A DNA stretch of 28,956 nucleotides from Candidatus Dojkabacteria bacterium (GTDB taxonomy: Bacteria; Patescibacteriota; Dojkabacteria; SC72), in NCBI GenBank assembly GCA_012511375.1, contig JAAZGF010000017.1:1-28956 (forward strand). The letters run 5' to 3'. The translations under genes were made by a program, and so were the position numbers. Below, piece by piece: positions 15,441-23,826 of the stretch. Each line of letters starts with the position of its first letter. Position 1 is the first letter of the stretch. The notes beneath the pieces were generated by a model that had not been told where the DNA came from, did no database searches, and was given only the letters and a program-made list of their open reading frames with translations.

Positions 15441-15983
15441 ATGAACAATACTCATATTGGAGAAAATATTAGGATATACAGAAAAAGGAAGAATATTACA
15501 CAGAGGGAGTTAGGAGACAAGATAGGAAAGACATGGGAAATGGTTTCTAGATACGAAAGAGGTGTTAGTTCTCCTTCTAAACAAATAAATTCTTTAGCTG
15601 ATGCCTTAGATGTAGATATTAAAGACCTCTTTAGGGATCCAGCAGAGAAAGATACAGAAAAACATTATTTTAATAGAGTTCCTCTTTTTACTTACATCCC
15701 TGAAAATGCCGACTTTAAAAAAGAGAGAAGTTTTGTTTACTATACAGCACCTGACTGGATATTAGATATTGATAACAAATGTTTTGTAATAACAACTGAT
15801 TTAGCAACAATTCAAACAGATAGAATTACTAAAGGGAAACTCTTTGTTTCTCCAAATAGTGAATGTTTTAAAGGAGATCTTGTTCTTAAAAAAGAGAATG
15901 AGAAGTTGGTTGCAGAAGAACTAAAAGAGGAAAGAAGAGAAGAAATAGTAGGGAAAATTTTAGCTGAAGAGATAGCTTTTTAA
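15441..15983 (+). CDS. XRE-family HTH regulator with a degenerate S24/LexA-like C-terminal domain
   Basis: IGENIRIYRKRKNITQRELGDKIG...VSRYERG, then RVPLF and GDLVL, but no Ala-Gly cleavage site or GDSM catalytic serine. Confidence 0.85.
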   Translation: MNNTHIGENIRIYRKRKNITQRELGDKIGKTWEMVSRYERGVSSPSKQINSLADALDVDIKDLFRDPAEKDTEKHYFNRVPLFTYIPENADFKKERSFVYYTAPDWILDIDNKCFVITTDLATIQTDRITKGKLFVSPNSECFKGDLVLKKENEKLVAEELKEERREEIVGKILAEEIAF

Positions 15984-15995
15984 AAGTAATAATAC

Positions 15996-16027
15996 AAAAA
16001 AAAAAGAGGAGCTTTTAAACTCCTCTT
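15996..16027 (-). terminator. Rho-independent terminator of groES-groEL (possibly bidirectional)
   Basis: Stem AAGAGGAG / CTCCTCTT (16004-16027) with an 8-nt loop, followed on the minus strand by a T10 tract. Confidence 0.85.
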
Positions 16028-16046
16028 CTTCCATTCCATTAAACGA

Positions 16047-17675
16047 TTACATCATTCCTCCCATGCCTCCCATATCAGGTGCTACAGGAATATTATCTTT
16101 TTCTTCAGGAATATCTGCGACTACAGCCTCTGTAGTTATTAACATTGAACCTACAGATACTGCACTTGTTAGCACTAACCTCGTAACTTTGACTGGATCT
16201 ATGATTCCTGCTTCTATCATATTTACATATTCTCCTGTTTTAGCATCAAAACCTATTTTCTCCTTACAGTTTGCTGCTACTACTGCACCATCTTCTCCTG
16301 CATTTTCTGCTATTTGTTTTAATGGTTCACTTAGAATATTTTGCAAGATTTCTATTCCTAATTGTTCATCTCTATCTTCCAATTTAACATCTGAAAGAAT
16401 TTTCTTGGCATTATGAAAAGCTAACCCCCCTCCTGCAACAACTCCTTCTTCTAAAGCAGCTCTAGTTGCATTTATAGCATCATCTATCCTCATCTTCTTC
16501 TCTTTTGCTTCTACTTCTGAAGCTGCCCCTACTTTTATAACAGCAACTCCACCAGAGAGTTTTGCCAATCTCTCTTGTAATTTTTCTCTATCATAATCGG
16601 AGGTTGTAGCATCTATTTGAGCTTTTATTTCATTCACCCTATTTGCTATCTCCTTTTTGGTTCCTTTGCCCTCTACTATTATAGTTTTTTCTTTTGTTAC
16701 TATAACTTTTTTAGCAGAACCTAGATGAGTAAGCTCTACTCCTTCTAATGTTTTTCCTAAATCTTCTGAAACAAACTCTGCTCCTGTTAAAATAGAGATG
16801 TCTTGTAACATCTCCTTCTTTCTATCTCCAAAGCCAGGAGCTTTTACAGCTACAACATCTAAAGTCCCTCTAAGCTTGTTTACCACTAAAGTAGCTAATG
16901 CTTGATTTTCAATATCATCAGCAATAATTACAAGAGGTCTGTCTGCAGAACCAAGAACTTTTTCTGCAATTGCTTGTATATCTTGTAAATTAGACAATTT
17001 TTTATCTGTAACAAATATATATGGGTTATCCATTTCTGCTTCCAGTGTCTCTGCATTTGTTACAAAATATGGACTAACATAGCCATTATCAAACTCCATT
17101 CCTTCTGTATATTCAACTTCATCCTTAAAACCTTTTGCCTCTTCTACAGTTATTACTCCATCTCTTCCTACTTTCTCAAAAACACCTCCTATCATATCTC
17201 CTAAATCTCTGTCATTGTTTGTAGAAATTGTAGCAACTTGTACAATTTCTTCTTTATCATCAGTTATTTTCTTTGCCATCTTTTGGAGCTCTTTTACAAC
17301 CAGTCCTGTTCCATAATCTAAACCTCTCTTAAGAGATATTGGGTTTGATCCTGCTGCCACATTCTTAAATCCTGCAGCTGCCACCGCTTGAGCTAAAACT
17401 GTAACCGTTGTAGTTCCATCCCCAGCAGCATCATTAACTTGGTTTGCTGCCTCTTTTATCATCTCTACTCCTACATTTCTAAATGGATCTTTATCCTCTA
17501 TTTCCTTTGCTACTGTTACACCATCTTTTGTGACAAGTTGTGATCCAAAGCTTTTTGCTAAAGCAATATTTCTTCCCTTTGGACCAAGAGTTGTTTTAAC
17601 TGCATTAGCTATTGTATCTACACCTGCTTTAAGCTCTCTTCTTGCTTCCTCATTATATATTATAGATTTTGCCAT
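16047..17675 (-). CDS. groEL: Chaperonin GroEL
   Basis: TLGPKGRN, TKDGVTVAKEI, AGDGTTT, KAPGFGDRK, ERLAKLSGGVAV, C-terminal GGMGGMM. Confidence 0.99.
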   Translation of the reverse strand: MAKSIIYNEEARRELKAGVDTIANAVKTTLGPKGRNIALAKSFGSQLVTKDGVTVAKEIEDKDPFRNVGVEMIKEAANQVNDAAGDGTTTVTVLAQAVAAAGFKNVAAGSNPISLKRGLDYGTGLVVKELQKMAKKITDDKEEIVQVATISTNNDRDLGDMIGGVFEKVGRDGVITVEEAKGFKDEVEYTEGMEFDNGYVSPYFVTNAETLEAEMDNPYIFVTDKKLSNLQDIQAIAEKVLGSADRPLVIIADDIENQALATLVVNKLRGTLDVVAVKAPGFGDRKKEMLQDISILTGAEFVSEDLGKTLEGVELTHLGSAKKVIVTKEKTIIVEGKGTKKEIANRVNEIKAQIDATTSDYDREKLQERLAKLSGGVAVIKVGAASEVEAKEKKMRIDDAINATRAALEEGVVAGGGLAFHNAKKILSDVKLEDRDEQLGIEILQNILSEPLKQIAENAGEDGAVVAANCKEKIGFDAKTGEYVNMIEAGIIDPVKVTRLVLTSAVSVGSMLITTEAVVADIPEEKDNIPVAPDMGGMGGMM

Positions 17676-17697
17676 TTTGGTAATATTAAAAATTTAA

Positions 17698-17997
17698 CTA
17701 TTTAATAATTGCTAATATATCTTCTACATCAATTAAAAGATATGTGTCTTTCTCTACTTCAATTTCGTCAGGGGAGTATTTTTTAAAATAAACTCTATCT
17801 CCTACAGAAACTTCAAATGTTATCTCTTTACCTTTCTCTTTACCTTTTCCTAATTTAACTACAGTACCAGTCTCTGGTTTCTGATCCTCATTAGCACTTG
17901 GGGGAAGTACTAAACCTCCCTTTGTTACCTCTTCAATCTTATCAGGCTGTATTAAGACCCTTTTGCCTAACGGCTCTAGTTTTATAGTTTTTGCCAT
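17698..17997 (-). CDS. groES: Co-chaperonin GroES
   Basis: PLGKRVLI, TKGGLVLP, VSVGDRVYF, DILAII; immediately upstream of groEL. Confidence 0.97.
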   Translation of the reverse strand: MAKTIKLEPLGKRVLIQPDKIEEVTKGGLVLPPSANEDQKPETGTVVKLGKGKEKGKEITFEVSVGDRVYFKKYSPDEIEVEKDTYLLIDVEDILAIIK

Positions 17998-18002
17998 CTT
18001 GT

Positions 18003-18029
18003 TTAGCAGATTAATTTAATGATTGCCAA
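18003..18029. promoter_or_regulatory. Variant CIRCE (HrcA operator) at groES
   Basis: TTAGCAGAT-N9-GATTGCCAA versus the consensus TTAGCACTC-N9-GAGTGCTAA. It lies between the -10 box and the ATG, and hrcA is present in the window. Confidence 0.75.
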
Positions 18030-18032
18030 AGA

Positions 18033-18062
18033 ATTGTATCACAGAGTGTGGGGTTTATTCAA
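18033..18062 (-). promoter_or_regulatory. groESL sigma70 promoter
   Basis: TTGAAT (18057-18062)-N18-TACAAT (18033-18038), with an extended TGn. Confidence 0.65.
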
Positions 18063-18096
18063 GCTCCTAAAGACTTAACTTAGAAACTCTCTTTTA

Positions 18097-18675
18097 TTAC
18101 CTAATTACTACCTTTTCTTCGATTAATTCTATATTTTTTATCTCTCTTCCAAGAAATTCGTTTTCATTTAAAAGAGTTATAGCCTCCCTTATCCCTTTAT
18201 TAATATTTCTCTCTGTCTTCTTGCCTACTCCAAAGTAGAGAGGAGTGTTTCCAATACTTAAGTTTTTTACATATATCTCAGAGGTCTCTCTATCATCTTT
18301 CACAATATCTAGGACCAACCAAGGCATTGTAACAGCTTTTACCTCATACTTAACTAATATCGTCCATTCCCCCTTTGAACTTAATATACAAAGGTCTTTT
18401 AAGTGAACTTCTTCTCCTTTTTGCATACTTCCTTCTAAAATGTATATGATTTCATCAGTATCAAGTACTACAAATTCAGTTTTGTTGTTAGAAAGAACAA
18501 ATTTCTTAAACTTTTCCTCTACTTTTTCTTGATCTACTTGAACGCTTTGTAAACACCTCAATCCTTTTTTTTGGAAAAACTCTTTTTCCCATCCTTTGTA
18601 CTTAAGAACATTAAAAGAAATTAAGAAGATGAAAAGTAAAAAAATTGTTAAAAAAAATGTTCTAAGCAATTTCAT
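18097..18675 (-). CDS. Hypothetical single-pass membrane protein
   Basis: N-terminal TM anchor FFLTIFLLFIFLISF followed by a soluble domain; overlaps the murJ 3' end by 14 nt. Confidence 0.7.
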   Translation of the reverse strand: MKLLRTFFLTIFLLFIFLISFNVLKYKGWEKEFFQKKGLRCLQSVQVDQEKVEEKFKKFVLSNNKTEFVVLDTDEIIYILEGSMQKGEEVHLKDLCILSSKGEWTILVKYEVKAVTMPWLVLDIVKDDRETSEIYVKNLSIGNTPLYFGVGKKTERNINKGIREAITLLNENEFLGREIKNIELIEEKVVIR

Positions 18676-20449
18676 CTACTTTCTTTCTTCTCAGCAAGTT
18701 ATTTTTAATACTTTGTATGAAGTTATCTATTATGGATATTTCCTCTATTCCAAAAACTTTTGATCCTAACCAATATGAAAGGAACCCGTACGCAGAAGTG
18801 ATAATAGAGAGAATGATGATAGATACTGTTCTTGTAGTATCCAACTGAAAATCAAAAAGTTTAAATACAAAATACATTCCAAGGGCCATTAAACCAGCAT
18901 TAAACAATTTTTTAACTGCAGGAGTTATTGTTTTAGTCCATGTAACTATTTTCTCTTTCCTGTTTAACAAAAGCATAAGAGAAATTGTTTGTACTATATA
19001 TGAAATGCTAAAACTCAATGAAAGTCCTCCTACTGCTAAATCAGAATCACCTCTATTTGTGGACCATCTAGCTATATCTTTAATAAAGGAAAGTAATACT
19101 TCAAGAAAACCTTGTCCATTTGTCTCCCTTATTTGTAAAAACATTTGTTCTAGTATAGGTCTCCAATCATAATAATGGCTAAAGAAGTTAGTAAGCAAGA
19201 AAGCTAATGATACATTGACTAATATTCCTATTGCTATTCCTACTAATGGCAACCAGGTCTCTTTTAGAGCATAGAATGCCCTTAGTAAAATTTGGACTAC
19301 TGTTTGCCCTATAATTGAAAAACTTAAAAGCAGTAAGGTCCAAGAGGTTAGAATTGTCGCCCTCCAATCAAATGCTCCTGTTCCATAGGCTAACCTAACC
19401 AAAGGTAATCTTAGCACCGCCATTATGCTTACTACCGGCAATACTAAGAAAAGAGAGGTTTGTATAGCTTTGTTAAATGTTTTAGAAAATTCTTTTTTAC
19501 AATCACATTGCTCCGTAAGATTAGGTAAAGCTACCTGAGCTATTGATCCCCCTATTATGTTTATCGGAAAGAAATGTAAGCTTAAAGCAAATTTGTAAGC
19601 ACTGAGAGCACCTGTAGCCAAAGAGAAGCTTATTAATGTATTAATTAAAGTATTAATCTCTTCCCCAAAAATCCCTATTGTTCTTGGGATAGCTAGTTTT
19701 AATGCTAGTCTTGTCTTTTTATGCTTGAAAGCTTTAAACAGGGTTTTAAAACCAATTTTAAATTTAGTGTCATAATATGTTTTAAACTTAGGAAGTTGGA
19801 CTAAGAGATGAAGTAAAGACCCTATAACTGCAGAAATCGCAATACCTTCAACACCCATGTCAAACAGAGAGACTAGTACCCACGATCCTACAATCATAGA
19901 TAAATTGTAAAAAAGAGGAGCTAGGGATGTTACAAAGAACTGCTTCCTTACCTGTAAATATGCAGTGACAAGAGTACTGGCCCCTAAAAGAATAGGAGAC
20001 AACATCATCAATCTAGTTAGATTAACAAAAAGATCAAAATCTCCTGGTTCTATCCTTTGAGCAAAATTTAATACTTTTTGTAATCCATCTGATTTAATCA
20101 AAAAGTTTGTTAGTTGCGGTGTAAAGATGAAAAACAGGAGAGCTATTAAGGTAGAAACAAAAACAATAATTAAGGTCAAATAATTGAAAAATTTGTTAAG
20201 AGCATCTTTCCCATCCTTCCTAAATATATCAGAGAAGATAGGGATTACTGCCGCATTTATAGAGCCCGCTACCAGTATCATGAAGAGCATATCGGGAATT
20301 GTAAATGCAGCCCAAAAGATATCCAACTCATGAGAGACACCGAAAAGTTGTGCTATTGTCCTTAGTTTTAAAAAACCTAGAATCTTTGTAAGAAAGAGTA
20401 AGACCATAACAAAAAAGACACTGTTTTTCTTTTTAAAAACTTTTAGCAT
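18662..20449 (-). CDS. murJ: Lipid II flippase MurJ/MviN
   Basis: KILGFLK...FGVSHELDIFWAAFTIPD, GSINAAVIPIFS, LAPLFYNL, VLPVV, LLRAFYALKETWLP; MOP-family multi-TM topology. Confidence 0.9.
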   Translation of the reverse strand: MLKVFKKKNSVFFVMVLLFLTKILGFLKLRTIAQLFGVSHELDIFWAAFTIPDMLFMILVAGSINAAVIPIFSDIFRKDGKDALNKFFNYLTLIIVFVSTLIALLFFIFTPQLTNFLIKSDGLQKVLNFAQRIEPGDFDLFVNLTRLMMLSPILLGASTLVTAYLQVRKQFFVTSLAPLFYNLSMIVGSWVLVSLFDMGVEGIAISAVIGSLLHLLVQLPKFKTYYDTKFKIGFKTLFKAFKHKKTRLALKLAIPRTIGIFGEEINTLINTLISFSLATGALSAYKFALSLHFFPINIIGGSIAQVALPNLTEQCDCKKEFSKTFNKAIQTSLFLVLPVVSIMAVLRLPLVRLAYGTGAFDWRATILTSWTLLLLSFSIIGQTVVQILLRAFYALKETWLPLVGIAIGILVNVSLAFLLTNFFSHYYDWRPILEQMFLQIRETNGQGFLEVLLSFIKDIARWSTNRGDSDLAVGGLSLSFSISYIVQTISLMLLLNRKEKIVTWTKTITPAVKKLFNAGLMALGMYFVFKLFDFQLDTTRTVSIIILSIITSAYGFLSYWLGSKVFGIEEISIIDNFIQSIKNNLLRRKKVDEIA

Positions 20450-20545
20450 ATTTGATTCGTATGAGGTATACGATTACTATAATAATTTAATCTAAGATTT
20501 TTATCAATTAATCTGATTTTAATAATTGCTTGAGATAATATAGTT

Positions 20546-21253
20546 GTGGATATTCTAGACGTTTTTTTCCCTAAAAGTTGTACCATATGTAAAAGAAAAG
20601 GGGAATATTTATGTGATAAATGTAAAAAATTGTTTAAAAGAAATTTACCCGAATGTTATCTCTGTAGAAGAATTTCTTCTAATTACAAGACGCACGATAC
20701 TTGTAAAAAGGGTAATTCTCTAAATTATGTTTTTGTTGCTTGGAAATATGACTCCTTCTCATCCAATATTATAAAGAAGTATAAATACAAAAGTGTATAT
20801 ACTGTTTCTGATGTTTTGGTGGAATTTTTAATAGAAAGTCTCTCTAATTCCTCTTTTAAAGATATTATGAAGGATAGTTTAATCACAAATGTCCCTATCT
20901 CATCAGTTAGGTTGCATGATAGAGGTTTTAACCAAACAGAAGAATTTGCAAAAGAAATAGCAAAGTTTTTAAATCTTAGATACTCAGGAGACCTTATAAT
21001 GAGAAAAGTAGAATTTGGACATCAGTCTCTCAGAGATAAAGAAGAAAGAAAAGAAAATTTAGAGAAAGAGTTTTATATTAAAAAAAAGATAGATTTAGAA
21101 AAGGAGAAGAGTATTACTATCGTTGACGATGTACTTACAACAGGAGCAACGCTAGAAGCAATTGTCGATACTATAAGGGAAAGCTACAATACAGACATCG
21201 ATATAAATGCTATATGTATGTTTAGAGGAAGACCTTATTACTCTATAAACTGA
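20546..21253 (+). CDS. comF: ComF-family protein (double zinc ribbon plus phosphoribosyltransferase-like domain)
   Basis: FFPKSCTIC...LCDKC...CYLC, RGFNQ, IVDDVLTTGATL; GTG start. Confidence 0.9.
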   Translation: MDILDVFFPKSCTICKRKGEYLCDKCKKLFKRNLPECYLCRRISSNYKTHDTCKKGNSLNYVFVAWKYDSFSSNIIKKYKYKSVYTVSDVLVEFLIESLSNSSFKDIMKDSLITNVPISSVRLHDRGFNQTEEFAKEIAKFLNLRYSGDLIMRKVEFGHQSLRDKEERKENLEKEFYIKKKIDLEKEKSITIVDDVLTTGATLEAIVDTIRESYNTDIDINAICMFRGRPYYSIN

Positions 21254-23622
21254 GTGCCGTCTTTCTCTAATCCATCTAAACCTAAATCTATTTGGTCATC
21301 TTCTTCATGTTTTGGGATTTCTATAGCCTCTGGTTCTTTTGTAGTATCTCCTGTAAGTTCCCTCTTTGTTGACATGTCATTTAGCTCTGAAGCTATCTCT
21401 TGGTATATTTCTAGTTCTATTAGCCCTTCATCTTCAAGTATCTTTTTTGCTGCTTTAAGATAGGCTTCGTACATATCCATATCTCCCATTTCTTTGTTAA
21501 TATTGGCAACTAATACTATGGACGGGATATGGTAAGGATTTATTGTTAAAACATTGCTTAAAGACTCTAGGGAGCTCTGCATATCTTCTTTCACCAAGAA
21601 TACCTGTGCTCTATAGAAGTGTAGGTTATAATTAATAGGATTTAACTGTAGAGCATTCTCTATTGATGTCAGAACTTCTCCTTCGTTATCAGATATACCA
21701 AGCTCTATCAAAAGCATATATAAACTCGTATTTACATCTCTATTAGCATAAATATATGGTGCTGCTGTTATACTTTTTTTACTTAATTCCAAAGTATTAT
21801 TTTTCCAAAATATTATATCGCTTAACATAGTATCACTCTCTTCTGTTTCTGGATCTCCTTCTGTTTTCTGTATTAATTCACTGTATGCCTCAACCTCCAA
21901 AACTAACCTTTCTGCATATGCTAAAGATAGTTTTCTAAGGAACAATGGATTGTTTTTATCATAATCAACACTCTTTGAGCGAAGCTCCATTAACTTTTGT
22001 ACAATTGCTGCTCTTTCCTCTTCTGTAGGATCCTGCTCCTGATATCTTAATGATTCTTCTGTTGTATAAGCTTCTGCTTTTAGAGTATATATACTTGCGA
22101 TACCCTTTGAAAACCAGAATGTCGTCAATCCTCCAAAAACAATTACTGCAACAACACTTAACAAAATACTAAGGTTAGAAACATAGGGTTTTGTGCTATT
22201 CCTAACGCCTAAATCTACTGTCCAAAACTTAATTATATACCTATCATCACTATCTTTATTCAACAAATTCTTGATTACAGCTTTTAGTGATATTAAAAGA
22301 AGAAGTGTGAAAAGAATAATGGTTGAATATGTTACAAAGAGAGAAGAAAGATATATCAACACTATAGCCATATTAACTACAACTAACCTCCAGTTATTAA
22401 CCGCATCTTTACTTAATTTAATCTGTTTTAAATCATTCCAAAAAGTTCTTCCAATCAAATAGCCAAAGAACAACCAAATCAGGAACCACACAAGACCTCC
22501 ATTAGTCAATAGGGTGAATATTTCCGCTCCTGCTTTATAGAATGTTATATCGTTAAATGTTAATAGACTTACATCCATGGGCCTGTACAGATTGTATGCT
22601 ATTGAAAATGTATCTATCCCAAGTCCTACAATGGCTCTACCAAAAGAGGAAACCAAAACAGAAGATGAGACTATCCAAGAAATCTGACTTCCCAAATTTA
22701 TCTCTGTCAAAAGATTAAAATTTTCTGGAAGAATATTTTCTCTAACCGTTGGAATCTGAAGAAGAGAGAATGGTATTAAGATTAGTAATGCTGTAACAAG
22801 GCAGAATATTAAAATCTCTTTTGATGTTCCTTTCTCTAAGCTAACTTTCTTAGTAAGGAAAACAGAGAACAAGATTAAAAGAGCTATAGATAGTAATACT
22901 ATGTATAAACCTTGACTGAGAGAGAAGATAACAATATTAAATATTATTAGAATACCTGAGATAGCTGCAAATACTAATTGTCCTACTTTCTCTTTCTTAA
23001 TAAAATATTCTCCTATCAAACTAACACAGAGAAACAGATTCACAAAATTGAGAATGAGATGAATTCCTGCTGACCTGATTAAAGGAACTCCCCCTAAGTA
23101 CAAAGATTTGTATATAGGTATGAAACTCCAAATATTTACACCGAAAAAGGAAATTGCACTTAAAATATTATTGATAAGAAGCCCTGCTGCAAAAGAAAAT
23201 ATTACATATTTTAAATCTCGTTCTGTTTCTAAAAACGTCCTAGAACTTATTGTTACCAACAAAATGGAAAGAAATGATACAAGCCCACCACCCAATCTAG
23301 CATCTACTCCCCATAAACTTGTATTTATATCTACAGAAAAGATAGTAGAGAGAAGCATAGCAAATAACAAAAGGAAGAGCCCTACATCTAAAGCACTCTT
23401 TAAAATATTTGTTTTTCCTTCCCATATCAATTTCAAAAACTCTATCGCTGTTATTACTGTTGCAAAGACTAAGATGAGTATAGACATACTCCTTTCAGTC
23501 CAGTCCCAAGGAAAGGGGAATATTGCAAGAGGGAGAAGAAATAGTAAAGCCCTAAAGAGGTAATTTTGCACTTTAGAAAAGGTTAGTGCTCCTCTTTGAT
23601 TTTGAATTTGATCTTGCAACAT
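21238..23622 (-). CDS. Polytopic O-antigen-ligase-like membrane protein with C-terminal TPR repeats
   Basis: About 13 TM helices, GLGIDTFSIAY periplasmic-loop motif, and TPR-like C-terminal helices (NALQLNPINYNLHF, NVLTINPYHIPS). Confidence 0.7.
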   Translation of the reverse strand: MLQDQIQNQRGALTFSKVQNYLFRALLFLLPLAIFPFPWDWTERSMSILILVFATVITAIEFLKLIWEGKTNILKSALDVGLFLLLFAMLLSTIFSVDINTSLWGVDARLGGGLVSFLSILLVTISSRTFLETERDLKYVIFSFAAGLLINNILSAISFFGVNIWSFIPIYKSLYLGGVPLIRSAGIHLILNFVNLFLCVSLIGEYFIKKEKVGQLVFAAISGILIIFNIVIFSLSQGLYIVLLSIALLILFSVFLTKKVSLEKGTSKEILIFCLVTALLILIPFSLLQIPTVRENILPENFNLLTEINLGSQISWIVSSSVLVSSFGRAIVGLGIDTFSIAYNLYRPMDVSLLTFNDITFYKAGAEIFTLLTNGGLVWFLIWLFFGYLIGRTFWNDLKQIKLSKDAVNNWRLVVVNMAIVLIYLSSLFVTYSTIILFTLLLLISLKAVIKNLLNKDSDDRYIIKFWTVDLGVRNSTKPYVSNLSILLSVVAVIVFGGLTTFWFSKGIASIYTLKAEAYTTEESLRYQEQDPTEEERAAIVQKLMELRSKSVDYDKNNPLFLRKLSLAYAERLVLEVEAYSELIQKTEGDPETEESDTMLSDIIFWKNNTLELSKKSITAAPYIYANRDVNTSLYMLLIELGISDNEGEVLTSIENALQLNPINYNLHFYRAQVFLVKEDMQSSLESLSNVLTINPYHIPSIVLVANINKEMGDMDMYEAYLKAAKKILEDEGLIELEIYQEIASELNDMSTKRELTGDTTKEPEAIEIPKHEEDDQIDLGLDGLEKDGTQFIE

Positions 23623-23663
23623 TAGTGGCAGTTATAAAATATTAGTCGAATAAATACTAACAT

Positions 23664-23722
23664 AAAAAAAGGAGAAGTCCAATAGACCGCTTGTTCAAGC
23701 CAGACCTAGGCTAGGCCCTAAC
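23664..23722 (-). ncRNA. Candidate small structured RNA or leader element of unknown family
   Basis: A 56%-GC core (27/48 nt, 23671-23718) in AT-rich intergenic DNA. It is preceded by TTGAAA-N18-TACTAT, can form small hairpins, and ends in T7. Confidence 0.3.
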
Positions 23723-23768
23723 ATTTAAATAGTACTGTTTTTATATAAATATTTTCAAAAGTATAGAG

Positions 23769-23806
23769 AATCAAAAGAACAAGGGTCAGAGCTTACCCTG
23801 ACCCTT
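23769..23806 (-). terminator. Rho-independent terminator of hrcA-grpE-dnaK
   Basis: Perfect 9-bp stem AAGGGTCAG (23781-23789) / CTGACCCTT (23798-23806), followed on the minus strand by GTTCTTTTGATT. Confidence 0.8.
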
Positions 23807-23826
23807 AAGAGAAGAAGAGTAGAAGA

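Noticed and set aside
14735-15983. Prophage remnant around the XRE gene
   Set aside because: No structural, replication or integrase genes nearby; retained only as a possible regulatory module.
23664-23722. tRNA, SRP RNA or known riboswitch identity for the GC-rich intergenic element
   Set aside because: No TTCGA T-loop or cloverleaf of proper size, no GNRA/AGCAG SRP motif, and no riboswitch core I recognise.
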